Assembly: GCA_043228905.1 (NCBI GenBank)
Contig: JBHGNT010000013.1
Location: 4,650,001-4,714,000 of the forward strand
DNA from: Azolla caroliniana
Lineage: Eukaryota; Plantae; Polypodiophyta
Direction of reading: 5' to 3'
DNA: 64,000 nucleotides
Position numbers and translations under genes: made by a program. Shown piece after piece: positions 1 to 13,182 of this stretch. The stretch's first letter is position 1, and each line of letters opens with the position of its first letter. The notes under the pieces were generated by a model. That model saw only the letters and a program-made list of their open reading frames with translations. It did not search any database and was not told the origin of the DNA.

Positions 1-173
1 AGAATCATAGTCATGGGGAATATGTAACTCATTAGTTATGTGTCATAGAATATGATTCTATGACACATAGTTAATGTGTACAGAGTAGTGGTGTGACTCT
101 TGACCTTTAAGTAATCATAGATTCTCAAAAGGTGTGTTCACACATTGTGCTATGTTGAGCTTGATTCTCAACA
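1..173 (-). repeat. 3' LTR of Copia A (partial)
   Basis: Near-identical to about 12551-12723; adjacent to the PPT at 174-187. Confidence 0.92.
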
Positions 174-186
174 CGCCCCCTCAAGC

Positions 187-1527
187 TCAACTCGGGTTCG
201 TTCCTTTTGATTGATGTCCGCTTCGGTTGGTATTCGGTTCAGATGATCTCTGATGTCCGCTTCGGCTCGTACCCGATTCGGACGGTATCCAGTTCTCGCT
301 TGTACTCCCCCTGAAGCTTGGCAAGTCAGGGATCGTCAATCCAAGGTCTGACATGAATTGCTGAAGCTTGTCGGCTCCTAAGGCTTTGGTGAAGATGTCG
401 GTCGTCTGAAGATTCGTGTTGATGTGTTGAAGGTCGACATCTTCGGCCTGTTCGCGCTCTCGAATGAAGTGATAGTGCACTTCGATGTGCTTTGTGCGCG
501 CATGGAACACCGTGTTCCGAGCCAGATATATACTGCTCATATTGTCACAGTAAATGGGAGTCGGATCCTTGATGGGGACACCCGGATCCTTGATGGGGAT
601 CCTTCAAAATCTCTTGAGCCATACGACTTCACATGTAGCTACGGTTGCGCCCCTGTATTCGGCCTCCGTACTCGAAAGTGCGATAGTAGGCTGCTTCTTA
701 CTACTCAAAGATATTGCTCCGCTACCAAGTGAGTAGACAAATTCGGAGGTCGATCGTCGATGAGCTTTGTAGCCTGCCCAGTCCGCCTCTGTGTACCCTT
801 CGATGCGTAGAGAACGTCGTAATCCATTGTGCCGCTCACGTATCGTAATACTTGCTTAGCGCAATCCAAGTGAATGTTGCGTGGTTTTTGCATGAATTGG
901 CCGAGGAGTCCGACTTGATAGCTAAGGTTGGGTCGAGTGATCGTGAGATAGATGAGGCTCCTGATCAGTTGATGATCTTGGGTCAGCTCCCACTCGTCTG
1001 TGCCAGAGTCAGCATATAGTTTGAGGTTTCGATCGAGAGGTGTAGCGACCGATTTGCACTCAGTCATCCGAAACTTGTATAACAAGTTGAGAATGTAGTG
1101 CCGTTGAGAGATCATAATGCCAACCGGAATCCGAATTACTTCGATGCCAAGGAAGTAATGGAGCTCCTTCATGTCCGTCATCTCGAATTTTCCGGAGAGA
1201 AGGGACTTGTCGACTAGACTTTCACCTCCAATGACCAGATCATCCACGTATAGGATGATGACAATTAGGCTTCTAGAGTGATGTCGTATGTAGAGGGAGT
1301 TGTCGGATTTCGACATTCGAAACCCGAATTGATGAAGATAGTGCGTAATCTTCGAATGCCAAGCACGCGGTGCTTGCTTAAGGCCGTAGAGTGGCTTCTT
1401 GAGTCGGCACATGGCTTTCGGATGAATGTGCGATTTGAAGCCGGGAGGTTGTACCATGTACACCCTTTCGCCGTTGCGAGTGCAACTACGGTCCGCATCT
1501 TCGTCATCTTTGCCACCGGGGCAAAGA
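187..1527 (-). pseudogene. Copia A RT/RNase H, frameshifted
   Basis: ORF pieces LYGLKQAPRAW, LYVDDL, RTKHIEVHYHFIRE, TDIFTKAL, with frameshifts and deletions. Confidence 0.9.
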
Positions 1528-2276
1528 TGTCGGGAGACAGGTCCCTCCGGATGGGAAGGGAGAAGAACAGTGCCAACGAACAATCCGTCCCTAAACCGGA
1601 TGAGGAGTACCCGGCTACGGAGAGCCGGATGGTGCAGGCCCGGTGTGAACCGGATGAGGAGTGCCCGGCTACGAAGAGCCGGATGGTGCAGAACCGGTGA
1701 GAACCGGATGAGGAGCACCCGGCTACGAAGAGCCGGATGGTGTAGAACCGGTGAGAACCGGATGAGGAGCACCCGGCTACGGAGAGCCGGATGACGCAGA
1801 CCTAGTGCGAACCAGAGGAAGAGACATATTCGTAAATATGTTTCTGAGAGCCCATCGAGGCTACATTTGTAAATAGCCGAAAAGTCATATTAGTATAAAT
1901 ATGACTTAGGGCAAACTTTTAGTGTGGTTGTTGTCATTTTCTTGTTGGTGCAAGAAGAAGAGAGAGCACGTAACAGTGTACAGAGAGAGAGAGAGAGAAA
2001 GAGGTCGCTGCCTCTGTTGTAACCGCCGCCTGTGGCGAAGATCGTGAGCACGAGGTCGTTGCCTTCGTGAACTCACTGTTTTGTACATTCCAACTTAGTG
2101 ATAGTTTGCAGCCTGTGGGCTGCCGTGGTTTTTGCCTCTTTGGGTTTTCCACGTAAACATTCTGTGTACCCTTTTCTCTCCTTTGTGTCGCGTGTTTTCG
2201 TTTCCTGTTTCTTGTGTATGTAAAGAAGCTCGGTTGAGGCCGAGCGTTGTGTAAAAGGAGCGGTGAGTTCCCGTCA
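1528..2276 (+). repeat. 5' LTR of B with ~54-bp U3 tandem repeats
   Basis: Direct repeat of 7119-7896; followed by the PBS. Confidence 0.93.
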
Positions 2277-2306
2277 ATTGGTATTAGAGCGAAACGACAC
2301 AGAAAT

Positions 2307-4538
2307 ATGGACGAATTGTTTGGCGGCATGTTCAAGCGCACCGGCTCCAACTATTCTGTATGGAAGTCGAAGATGAGGGACATGCTCGTGGTTAAAGACC
2401 TCTGGCTGCCGGCCCAGTTCGGGGACAAGAGACTGGACAAAATCGACGCCGCGATATGGGAGGTGATGCACATGAAGACAACGGCGTACATACGGTGCTT
2501 CATCGATATGAGCCTGTACAACAACTTCAATGAAGAGAGCAAGGCTCATGAGCTTTGGGAGAAGATCAGCATAATGTTTCAAAACAAAAATGTTGTTAAT
2601 CAGGTTTCGGTATTCTGGAAGCTAGTAAGACTTCGGTACCAAGATGGCTCCAGCATGGCGGAGGATATGAATGCCTTCCAGGGGCTGATACACCAAGCAA
2701 CGTCATTGGAAGTACCTCTCGCCGATGAGGTACTAGCGCTGCTCCTGCTCGGTTCCCTCTCGAATAGGTGGGAGACGTTGGTTGTCACTTTGGGCAACGC
2801 CGGGCCGGAAGGAAAACGGTTATCCCTAGCAAGAGTAAAGTCGAGCTTGCTAGATGAGGAGGCACGTCGGAAAGACAAAGATACGAGCTCCGACTCCAAA
2901 GCGCTCCTTGCTGAATCGGAACGCGGAAGACAGAGAAACCGTAGTCCCCAGAACCGGGAGAAGTCGGGGACACGGTCAAAGTCAAGGGGGAGGCCTACTT
3001 GCTTCTATTGCGGCAAACCGGGACACTTCCAAAAGAACTGTCGGAATTTCCGTAAAGACAAGGAAACCGACGGTACCGATTCGAGGCGAACCCCAGACCG
3101 GAACGGTAAAGACCGGAAGGGGATGGACCGGAAGGGAACGACGGCAATCGCGGCAAGTGAAGAAGAGTTGATGCTCATCACCGAGGAGAGTGAGATAAAC
3201 CTTGCCGGCGACGAGATGACCTGGGTGGTAGACTCCGGAGCATCGTTCCACCTTACCCCGGACCGGAAATGCTTCTCATCCTACTCAGCTTGTGACCACG
3301 GCTGTGTCCGGATGGGGAATGAAGGTACATGCCGAATTGTCGGCATAGGAGACGTGTGGCTGTCCACACCAACCGGATGCAAGTTGCTGCTGAAGTATGT
3401 CTGACACATTCCGGAGGTTCGTCTGAACCTGATATCAGCCGGTCGGCTAGATGATGAAGGCTACACGGGTAGCATTCGGAACGGTGTCATGAAGTTCAGC
3501 AAAGGGAGCCGGATTGTGGCTCGGGCCCGGAAGGTCAACACACTGTACCTGATGAATGCCCGGTTATGTCTGGAAGAAGTGAACGTGGCATCCGACACTG
3601 CCGGTGAGCTGTGGCACAAGAGGCTGTGTCATATGAGCGAGAAGGGGATGAAGAGGCTTGCAGACGACAACCTCATTCCAGTGAAGAACGTGCACTTAGA
3701 GAAGTGCACGGATTATCTGGCCGGTAAGCAGAACCGGACCTCCTTCCGACCAAGGCCACCGATGAGACGTAATGCACCACTGGAGTTGGTGCATACGGAT
3801 GTGTGTCAAGTAGACATGAAGTGACATGCTGGAGCGCAGTACTTCATGACGTTCATAGATGACAACAGCCGGAAGCTGTGGGCCACACTGTTGAAGACGA
3901 AGGATCAGGTGCTATCCGTCTTCAAAGAGCTCCACACGAGAGTGGAAAGAGAAACCGGCCGGAAGCTGAAGGCGGTTCGAGCAGATAACGGAGGAGAGTA
4001 CCGAGGGCAGTTTGAGGAGTACTGCCGCTCGAAGGGAATACGGCTCGAATTTACCGTGCCGAAGACGCCGGAACTAAACGGACTGGCCGAGAGGATGAAC
4101 CGGACCATAATGGAGAGGGTCCGGAGTATGCTAGCGCATGCAAAACTACCCAAGAAGTTTTGGGATGAGGCATTGTCGACGGCGACATACGTGATAAACA
4201 GATCACCCTCAGTACCCTTGGACGGAGACACGCCACAGAGAGTATGGACCAGTAAGGAAGTTGTTGGGAACTCGACGTTCCTTATGTCCGACGCTCGGCC
4301 ACAACCGAGATTCTTTACATACACAGAAAAACAGGTAATGAAACGCGACACAAAAGAGAAGGAATGGTGCACAGGAGGTATACGTGGAAAACCCCAAAAT
4401 AGGGGGAAAAACCACGGCAGCCCACAAGCTGCAAACTGTCACTATGCAGAAGTATACAACAGTGAGATCACTGAGGCAACGACCTCGTGCTCACAGTTCT
4501 TCGCCACAGGTGGCGGTTACAACAGAGGCAACGACCTC

Positions 4539-4575
<37 letters not shown>

Positions 4576-7108
4576 CAGTTACGCGCTCTGATTTCTTCTT
4601 GCACCAACAACAAAGAATAACAACAAGAATGACAACACTATGACTAAAAGTTTGCCCTAAGCAATATTTATACTAATATGACTTTTCGGCTATTTACAAA
4701 TGTAGCCTCGATGGGCTCCATCCGGCTCTCCGCAGTCGGGTACTCCTCGTCCGGTTCATACAGGGCCTACACCATCCGACTCTCCGCAGTCGGGTGCTCC
4801 TCATCCGGTTCATACCGGGCCTACACCATCCGACTCTCCGCAGTCGGGTCCTCCTCGTCCGGTTCATACCGGGCCTACACCACCCGACTCTCCGCAGTCG
4901 GGTACTCCTCGTCCGGTTCTCCGTTTCGGCCTCGGCCTGTCGGCCTCAGCCGAGTTTGTTCGTCAGCACTGTTCTTCTCCCTTCCCATCCGGAGGGACCT
5001 GTCTTCCAACAGAAGTGTCCTACCGGCATCTGAAGGTGTTCGGGTGTCTCGCGTACGTGCATGTAGCAAAGGACCGGAGAGGAAAGTTAGATCCAAAGAC
5101 CCGACCATGCATATTCCTCGGTTACGGTGACGATGAGTTCGGCTACCGAGTGTGGGACCCGGTCGACAAGAAGGTATTCCGGAGTCGAGATATTATCTTC
5201 ATGGAGGACAAGACGCTCGCCGACTGGGAGTCGAAGAAGAAGATAATGAACTCCGAGTCGACCGGTAAGGATCGACTCTAGGATGAGCAGACCCAACCGG
5301 CGAGAGACCGGCTAGCACTCGAAGAACCAGCCGGATACGGTGAGGATACCAAACCGGCAGAAGAAGAAGTAGAGGAAGCTGAAACCGGAACCGACCAAGA
5401 CCCCGAATCGGATTCGGATGAAGAGCGAATGGAGGAGCCGGTTACCGAAGCCCGAAGACGTAGATATCCTCTCAGAGAGAGAAGGGCCCCCCAGAGATTT
5501 CCGGATGCAGAGCATGTTCTGCTGACTGATGAGGGGGAGCCGTAAAACTTCGAAGAAGCGAAGGATAACACCCACAGCCGAAAATGGTTAAGTGCCATGC
5601 AGGACGAGATGGATTCCCTAGATGAGAACCATACGTATGAATTGGTGGAGTTGCCGAAAGGAAAGCGGGCACTTCGAAACAAGTGGGTCTACAAGTTGAA
5701 ACCGGGAGATGTCGGGAACCCCCTGAGACACAAAGCCAGGATCATGGTGAAGGGGTTCCAGCAGAAGAAGGGCATGGACTTCGACGAGATATTTGCCCCG
5801 GTAGTAAAGATGACCTCCATCCGGACGGTGCTGAGTATAGCAGCAAGCATGGACCTCGAGGTACAACAGCTGGACGTGAAGACGGCATTCCTTCACGGCG
5901 ACCTCGAAGAGGAGATCTACATGCAGCAACTGGAAGGTTTCGTGGAGAAAGGCAAGGAGCACCTGGTATGCCGGTTGAAGAAGAGCCTGTACCGACTGAA
6001 GCAGGCTCCCCGACAATGGTACCGAAAGTTCGACTCCTTCATGACCGATCAAGGGTACCACAAGACGTAGGCCGATCACTGCGTGTTTGTGAAGAAGTTC
6101 GAAGGAGGAGACTTCCTGATCCTCCTTCTGTACGTGGATGACATGTTGATTGTCGGACGGGACCAAGTCAAAATACAGATGCTGAAGAAGGCTCTCAACC
6201 GGACCTTCTCAATGAAAGACTTGGGTCCGGCAAGACAGATGGTGGGGATGCACATCATTTGGGACCGGTCAGTGAAGCAATTATGGCTGTCACATGAGAA
6301 GTATGTGATAAAGGTGCTTCACCGGTTCAACATGTCAGAGGCGAAACCGGTCGGATCGACACTTCCGGCAAACTGCAGGCTATCCGGTAAGCAAAGCCTG
6401 AAGACGAAAGCAGAGAAGGCGGATATGATGAAGATTCCATATGCCTCTGCCGTCAGGAGCTTGATGTACGCAATTGTTTGTACCCGACCGGACATAGGAT
6501 ACGCAGCCGGAGTGGTGAGCCGGTTTATGAGCAATCCTGGCAAGGAGCACTGGAACGCGGTCAAATGGATACTCCGGTATTTGAAGGGCACTTCAAATAT
6601 GTGTCTCCGATTCAGCTCCGGAAAACCTCAACTGGATGGTTTCACCGATTCGGACATGTCGGCTTATGTGGATACCAGCCAGTCTACATCCGGGTATGTA
6701 ATGACATATGCAGGGGGAGCTGTTTCGTGGCAGTCGAGGCTGCAGAAGATGGTTGCATTGTCAACCACAGAGGCGGAGTACATGGCGGCTGTGGAAGCCG
6801 ACAAGGAAATATTATGGATGAAGGACTTCATCGGAGAGCTCGATATCTGGCAAGAGGAATACCGACTCTATTGCGACAGTCAAAGTGCCATCCACCTTGC
6901 TAAGAATGCGGCCTACCATTCTTGGACAAAGCATATCCAGCGAAGATTTCACTGGATCCGGGAAAGAGTAGATGATCAGGAGTTCGCGCTAACGAAGATC
7001 CACATGATCGAGAACGGGTCAGATATGCTTACCAAAGTTCTGATACCCGACAAGCTGGATGCATGCCGGAAGCGGATCGGACTGATCAGACACCCCATGC
7101 CGGAGTGA
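2307..7108 (+). pseudogene. Copia B gag-pol with stops and a solo-LTR insertion
   Basis: CFYCGKPGHFQKNC knuckle, WVVDSGASFH protease, integrase core, YVDDML RT and SDMLTK RNase H. Collinear with the intact ORF 21591-25664 but with premature stops. Confidence 0.93.
4262..5011 (-). mobile_element. Solo LTR (B-related) inserted antisense in the B integrase
   Basis: TG...CA ends. TSD GAAGT at 4257-4261 and 5012-5016. The reverse complement resembles the B LTR. Confidence 0.92.
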
Positions 7109-7118
7109 AGGGGGAGTT

Positions 7119-7896
7119 TGTTGGGAGACAGGTCCCTCCGGATGGGAAGGGAGAAGAACAGTGCCGACGAACAATCCGTCCCTAAACCGGAGGAGGAGTA
7201 CCCGGCTACGGAGAACCGGATGGTGCAGGCCCGGTGTGAACCGGATGAGGAGTACCCGGCTACGGAGAGCCGGATGGTGCAGGCCCGGTGTGAACCGGAT
7301 GAGGAGTACCCAGCTACGGAGAGCCGGATGGTGCAGGCCTGGTGTGAACCGGATGAGGAGTACCTGGCTACGGAGAGCCGGATGGTGCAGAACCGGTGAG
7401 AACCGGACAAGGAGCACCCGGCTACGGAGAGCCGGATGACGCAGACCCGGTGCGAATCGGAGGAAGAGACATATTCGTAAATATGTTTCTGAGAGCCCAT
7501 CGAGGCCACATTTAGTATAAATATGACTTAGGGCAAACTTTTAGTGTGGTTGTTGTCATTTTCTTGTTGGTGCAAGAAGAAGAGAGAGCACGTAACAGTG
7601 TACAGAGAGAGAGAGAGAAAGAGGTCGCTGCCTCTATTGTAACCGCCGCCTGTGGCGAAGATCGTGAGCACGAGGTCGTTGCCTTCATGAACTCACTGTT
7701 TTGTACATTCCAACTTAGTGATAGTTTGCAGCCTGTGGGCTGCCGTGGTTTTTCCCTCTTTGGGTTTTCCATGTAAACATTATGTGTACCCTTTTCTCTC
7801 CTTTGTGTCGCGTGTTTTCGTTTCCTGTTTCTTGTGTATGTAAAGAAGCTCGGTTGAGGCCGAGCGTTGTGTATAAGGAGCGGTGAGTTCCCGTCA
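7119..7896 (+). repeat. 3' LTR of B
   Basis: Follows the PPT; has one more U3 repeat and a ~25-bp deletion relative to the 5' LTR. Confidence 0.93.
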
Positions 7897-9539
7897 AAAG
7901 ATTTCTTCATAGTCGACTCCATGTGTTTCTGCGTATCCTTTCACTACGAGTCGAGCTTTGTAACAGTTTACGGAGCCATCGGCATTATACTTCACCTTGT
8001 AGATCCATCTACAACCAATTGCCTTCTTGTGCGGTGAGTGGGGAACGAGATCCCATGTCTCGTTCTTGCATAGTGCACGCATCTCCTCGTTCATTGCTTC
8101 GATCCATCGCGGGTCCTTCGTGCATTCGGAAAAGTTTTCTGGCTCCCGTACTATTGCCACCTTCATCATAAATGCGTAATGGTACGCCATGTACTCATCG
8201 TAGCCGAATTGGCTTACAAGGTTCTTTTCACGGGTGGATCGGCGGAGCTTCTCGTTTGTGGATTCTAAGGCTTTCTTCACTCCATTTTTCGAGATGTCAA
8301 GGCCTTCGAACTCACTATCGGGGGAGTGAGTCGATTCGATGCCATCGAAATGATCGTCTTCATACTCCAACATTTTGGCCTTCCCTTTGTCTAGCTTTGG
8401 ACTCAGTCGAGATGTGCTTTGATCACTCGGAGGCTCTTAAGGTCCGCTTAGTCGGGTCGTGATCGAACTTTCTTCAAACATGTGCGTAAGGTGATCTTCA
8501 TCCTCTATCTCTTGTTCGGCGGATTCGGAGTCCAGCGGAATCAGAGTTGAAGTTGTCTCTAGTGTGTACCAGGATGCGGACTCGTCAAAAACGACGTCTC
8601 GACTTACGCGAACTATTCGAGTTGAGGGGTTGTAGCACTTGTACCCCTTTTGCGCCAGTGAGTATCCGATGAGGATACATTTCTCCGGCTTCGGTTCGAG
8701 CTTTTGTCGCTTTTCGTCGGGGATGTGCACATACGCAACGGAGCCGAATATCCAGACATGAGATACGTCCGGCTTCTTTCCGAAAAACTTCTCATGCGGC
8801 GTGAGGTCATGCACGCCGGATGTCGTACACCGATCATGGGGTATACGACCATGTTAGCCGCTTCTGCCCAGTACGACTTCGGTACGTGCTTTTCGTTCAT
8901 CATGACCCGTGCTACTTCGAGGATGTGCCCATTCTTTCGTTTGGCCATTCCGTTTTGTTGTAGCGTATGTCGACACGAAAACTCTCGCCGAATTCCTTCT
9001 TTCCGTAGATATGTCGTAAACTCATCTGAGAAATATTCCTTGCCTCCATCCGATCGAAGGCACCGTACGTGTCAATTCGTAGCTTTTTCGACTCCACTCT
9101 TGAATTTTTGGCAGTGTTTGAACAATTCTCTCTTTTGTCACATCGGGTAGATCCAAGTGTGCCTAGAGAAGTTATCAATAAAGGTCACGTAGTATTGGCA
9201 TCCGCCGAATGTCACCGTTTGAGCCGGTCCCCATACATCGAAACGAATTACGTCGAGTACGCCTTTGCTTACATTCCTCTCCTTCGGAAATGGATGTCGA
9301 TGTTGCTTGCCGAATTGGCAAGCCGCACATACGCCTTCAATCTCTCTCTCTTTGAAGGTCGGGAGTCCGATGACAACTCCTTTCAATTGCATCGCCTTGA
9401 GCTTTTGAAGGTTGATATGGCCAATTTGCTTGTGCCATAACTCTATGTCGGACTCGACTTTCGTGCCTTTTGCGAACATGGCTGATTTCATCTCGTGCGA
9501 GTCGAGAATGAACATTCGGCCCTCTCTCTGTCCGCGCGC
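7897..9539 (-). pseudogene. Copia A GAG-pre-integrase/integrase/RT N-terminus fragments
   Basis: LWHKQIGH, CAACQFGKQHR, DVWGP, YKARLVVKGY in broken frames. Confidence 0.9.
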
Positions 9540-10808
9540 TGTCGTGTGAATCTTCACACACTATGTAAAAAAATAATGAAATAATTATTTTAGATTAGAT
9601 TGGTAGCTTGTTATAGAAAGATGGATGTACTCAAGAGTTTCAAAATGTATTTTACTACATACAAAATGGACAACTACATATCAAGTTATGAGAACATGAA
9701 GTTTTAGAAGATAAGGAAAATAGAATTATGATTTATCCCACATAGATAGGAAATTTAAGGCCCTGGCTATATAAGCACATTGAGATCCTTTATTTTTCAT
9801 TTGTGATAAGAGCACTTTGGCCACTTTGTCTAGATGGATGAATGTGGCCAAGTTCCCAAAAAACCGATTGGCAATAAAATGGAACCGGCAGGTAAGCCGA
9901 AAACCAAATTGGAACCCGTCGGTAAGCAAACCGGAACCAGCTGGTAAGCAAATTGGAACCTGCTGGAAAGCAAACCGGAACCGGTCGGTAAGCAAACTGG
10001 AACCGGCCAATAAGCCAAAAACCAAACCGGAATTGGTCGGTAAGCAAATTGAAACCGGTCGGAAAGCGAACCGGAACCAGCCAGGCATCAAACTGGATTG
10101 GATGGGCGGTGATCAAGACGGACAGATGATAGGATCATCTGGCTAATTAAAGTAAAGTAAAGAAAACTAAGGTAAAGGTCATGTGGACGGTCGCATGCAA
10201 CTAAAAGAAAAAGTCATGCAACGAAAAATGGATGCAACTAAAAGTAGAGGCCATGCAACTAAATGTGGACATGGAAAGTAACATTGAAGGCTATGATCAA
10301 TGGAGAACTCCATATAAAATTCCATTTATTTTCCTACACTCATCCTCTCTCCGATATTTTCTTTTTCTTTTCCTTCTTAGCTCCCTTATCTTATCGAAGT
10401 CATAACACTCAAAAACCCTATTTTCCCCTACGGAAGCCATATCTCTCGTAAAACCTAATTCTAATTTTCCCTACGGAAGTTATAACACTCAAAAACCCAA
10501 AATTTCCCTACGGAAGCCATATCTCTCAAAAATCAAAAATCTCTTATCAAAGCCAAAAACCCTAAATTTCTATTGAATCCATATTTAGTTTCTTCTAATC
10601 TATTATTCTAGTAATCTCCATAAGCTAAACTTTTGTAATCCCAATCTTGGGATTGATTGTAATCTTTCTTTCTATTTGTTAATGAAATTTGTCAATCTTT
10701 CTTATTTCCATTAATTGTTTAATATAAACATACGAATCTGATATCCTCTAATCGGAGGCCCCGGGGTCATGCCTCAAGTTCACGTGTCCTCGTCGTATTT
10801 TCGCGACA
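9540..10808. mobile_element. Solo LTR-like insertion (TGTCG...CGACA), 4-bp TSD
   Basis: Interrupts the host frame GRLIA|RGQREG. Flanks GCGC (9536-9539) and GCAC (10809-10812). Internal ~22-bp repeats AAACCGGAACCGGTCGGTAAGC at about 9860-10085. Confidence 0.8.
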
Positions 10809-12105
10809 GCACAATGAGTCGGCCCTCTTTTTCGATGAAGCAATCGCCTTGATTAAATCAAACTTGCATTCCTTGCTCTACAATTTGGCTAACGGAGACC
10901 AAATTCTTCGTAATGGTTGGTACATGCAACACATTTTTAATGTAATTTTGCTTACCTTCTTTTCCGAACGGAACATTGCTGATGTGCCGAATCGGGTGCG
11001 TAGTGTTGTCTCCGGTTTCGACATAGTCGGGTCGGTCCGGCTCTCAAAGTTCTCGAAACCATTCTTGATGCGACGTCATATGGTTCGAGGCACCGGAATC
11101 GACGAACCATACGTCTTCCGGACCGGAGGCACTAGTAGAAGTAGAGGACGACATAGAATTTGCTCTATGTCTCATTACGAAAAATCCACCGTAGTCGTCG
11201 TACTCGGAGTCGACGGCATAATTGGTGAGTTGTCGACTAGTGGAAGCCGACTCACGCATCTTCTTTCGGCACTCTTCTTTGCGGTGGCCGATTTTGCCGC
11301 AATATCCGCATTCGATTGAGGTTTGTCAGCTCGAACTAGAATGGTGGCTCCCCCTTCTTCCGAAGGTTCCTCGATGACCTCCATCTTGTTGCCGTAATGG
11401 AGAGTTGTTTTCGTAAATCGGGCCTCGTCCGCCTCGTCCTTGGCTGAATCGGCTGCTTCTTACACGGCCGCGTCCTCTTCCTCCGTCTGAATGCGTGTAG
11501 AGCATGTGGCCTTCCGAGGCGCTGCTTCTTGTTCAAACATGATTCTCTTCGACCAACAACATGGATTGAAGATCGAAGACGCAGGGCGGACTCTCCCGTG
11601 CTAGTACGGTGGTCCGCATCGCGCCGAACCGTGGTGCAAGGCCGCTGAGGCATATTTGCACCATTTCGTCATCCTCCACATTGACGCTTATCAAGCCGAG
11701 TGCATCACAAAGCTCCTTGATCTTCAAGATGTAGCTTGTAATGGACATATCTCGTTGTTGGATGTTGTTCAACTCTTGGCAGAGTTGAAGCTTTCTCGCG
11801 GTCGTGTTGGCGGCGAAAATCTTTCGTAGATTCTCCCATGCTTCCTTCAGCGTCTCAGCTTCTCGAATGTAGCCGAGCATGTGGTCGTGAACACATGTTG
11901 CCAAGCAATACATCACTCAACTCGCCACTTGCTCCCAAGTTGCATAGTCACCATTTTTCGGGTTGGGTCTATTTTGTTGTGCTCCCTTGATGTAACTCCA
12001 ATAGCCTTGGTCAACAAGGTATTGATGCATCTTGTACTCCCAAGATGCAAAGTTGTTGCGATCCAACTTCTCGCTAGGGAGAGCGCTCCCCATTTGAGTA
12101 TTCAT
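10809..12105 (-). pseudogene. Copia A gag/protease fragments
   Basis: EKLDRNNFASWEYKM, QICLSGLAPRF, zinc-knuckle remnant, WFVDSGASNHM. Confidence 0.9.
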
Positions 12106-12260
12106 TGTCGATTAAGCTTCCTTTCTTCTTTTCCTTCTCTCTCGAACACGAGCTATGTAGTGGTACTACGATAGCGATGAGTTGGTTCTTCTTGAACGTC
12201 GGCATAGAGCACAACACACGGTCACGATGAGACGAGTGGGCTAGATCGAGCTACCAAATC

Positions 12261-12272
12261 GCTCTGATACCA
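12261..12272 (-). other. Primer-binding site (initiator tRNA-Met) of Copia A
   Basis: Reverse complement is TGGTATCAGAGC, directly adjacent to the LTR. Confidence 0.92.
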
Positions 12273-12723
12273 TGTAAAGAATCGGGTATGATTCTTGTTT
12301 AGTGGAAGAGATGCGTGTTATGTGGATGTGTGAGAGGAATTAGAGGAGAGATGACAGAACACAAGATTGGTAGAAAAAGGAATACTCAAGAAGAAGGTGT
12401 ATATTTCACAAGTAGAATAAGAATTACAAAATGTAGCATAATAAGGAGTCACAACCGACATAGTATGAAGTATGAGGAGGGTGCTTTATATAGAGTCACC
12501 CTCTCTCTTCATTAACTTACAATAACCACACTCTCTCTTGGGGAATGTGAAGACTCATAGTCATGGGGAATATGTAACTCATTAGTTATGTGTCATAGAA
12601 TATGATTCTATGACACATAGTTAATGTGTACAGAGTAGTGGTGTGACTCTTGACCTTTGAGTAATCATAGATTCTCAAAAGGTGTGTTCACACGTTGTGC
12701 TATGTTGAGCTTGATTCTCAACA
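12273..12723 (-). repeat. 5' LTR of Copia A
   Basis: TG...CA ends; matches 1-173; contains a 15-bp-arm palindrome. Confidence 0.92.
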
Positions 12724-13182
12724 ATAAGACTAGGAGTAATTCCTGTAAAATAAACATGTTAATGTAGACCTTTTATGCTCATGATTGATCCACTATCTTG
12801 GGATATTATATAACTTAATTCCAAGGTTCCATTACTTCAGGGATTCTTATATAATTTGTAACCATTAAGTTGTTTGCATTCTTACATACAAAAATATCCA
12901 AACATCATACACCTTTAAGTGTTTGACAATTCTATTCAAATGAACATTTTGTACAAGGTTATCAACACATCATCACTTCAAAATGAGGTAATGAGTATTC
13001 ATAACTTACAAGATGACAAAGTTATTCCCAACAATGAGGTTTTATTATCGCTTCTCGTGGAACATAATTAATATGTGAGCAATGTTCATATGTTAACATA
13101 ACACCCGAGATTATATAAAAGATTGTTTGGAATCATTGTTGTTGTAGTTCGTTGAGTCATAGTAGCTCATAAAAATGAAGAC

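Larger units (their letters stand above)
1528..7896 (+). mobile_element. Tnt1/Tork-like Copia element B nested in the RT of A
   Basis: LTRs 1528-2276 and 7119-7896 (TG...CA). TSD AAAGA at 1523-1527 and 7897-7901. PBS TGGTATTAGAGC 2279-2290. PPT GAAGGGGGAG 7107-7116. Splits the host RT at YEEIF|APVAKMT. Confidence 0.95.
1..12723 (-). mobile_element. Ty1/Copia LTR retrotransposon A (decayed; 3' LTR cut by window edge; hosts nested insertions)
   Basis: LTR 12273-12723 (TGTAAAG...CTCAACA) matches 1-173. Met PBS at 12261-12272. PPT-like AGCTTGAGGGGGCG on minus at 174-187. Copia-order gag/PR/INT/RT/RH fragments on minus. Confidence 0.93.

Noticed and set aside
562-600. ~21-bp tandem duplication in Copia A RNase H
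   Set aside because: Ordinary slippage in a dead element.
6976-7509. Repetitive ORFs such as IRLSVAGYSSSG (also near 1426, 4678, 20818, 25597, 39245)
   Set aside because: Translations of stop-poor LTR tandem repeats, not genes.
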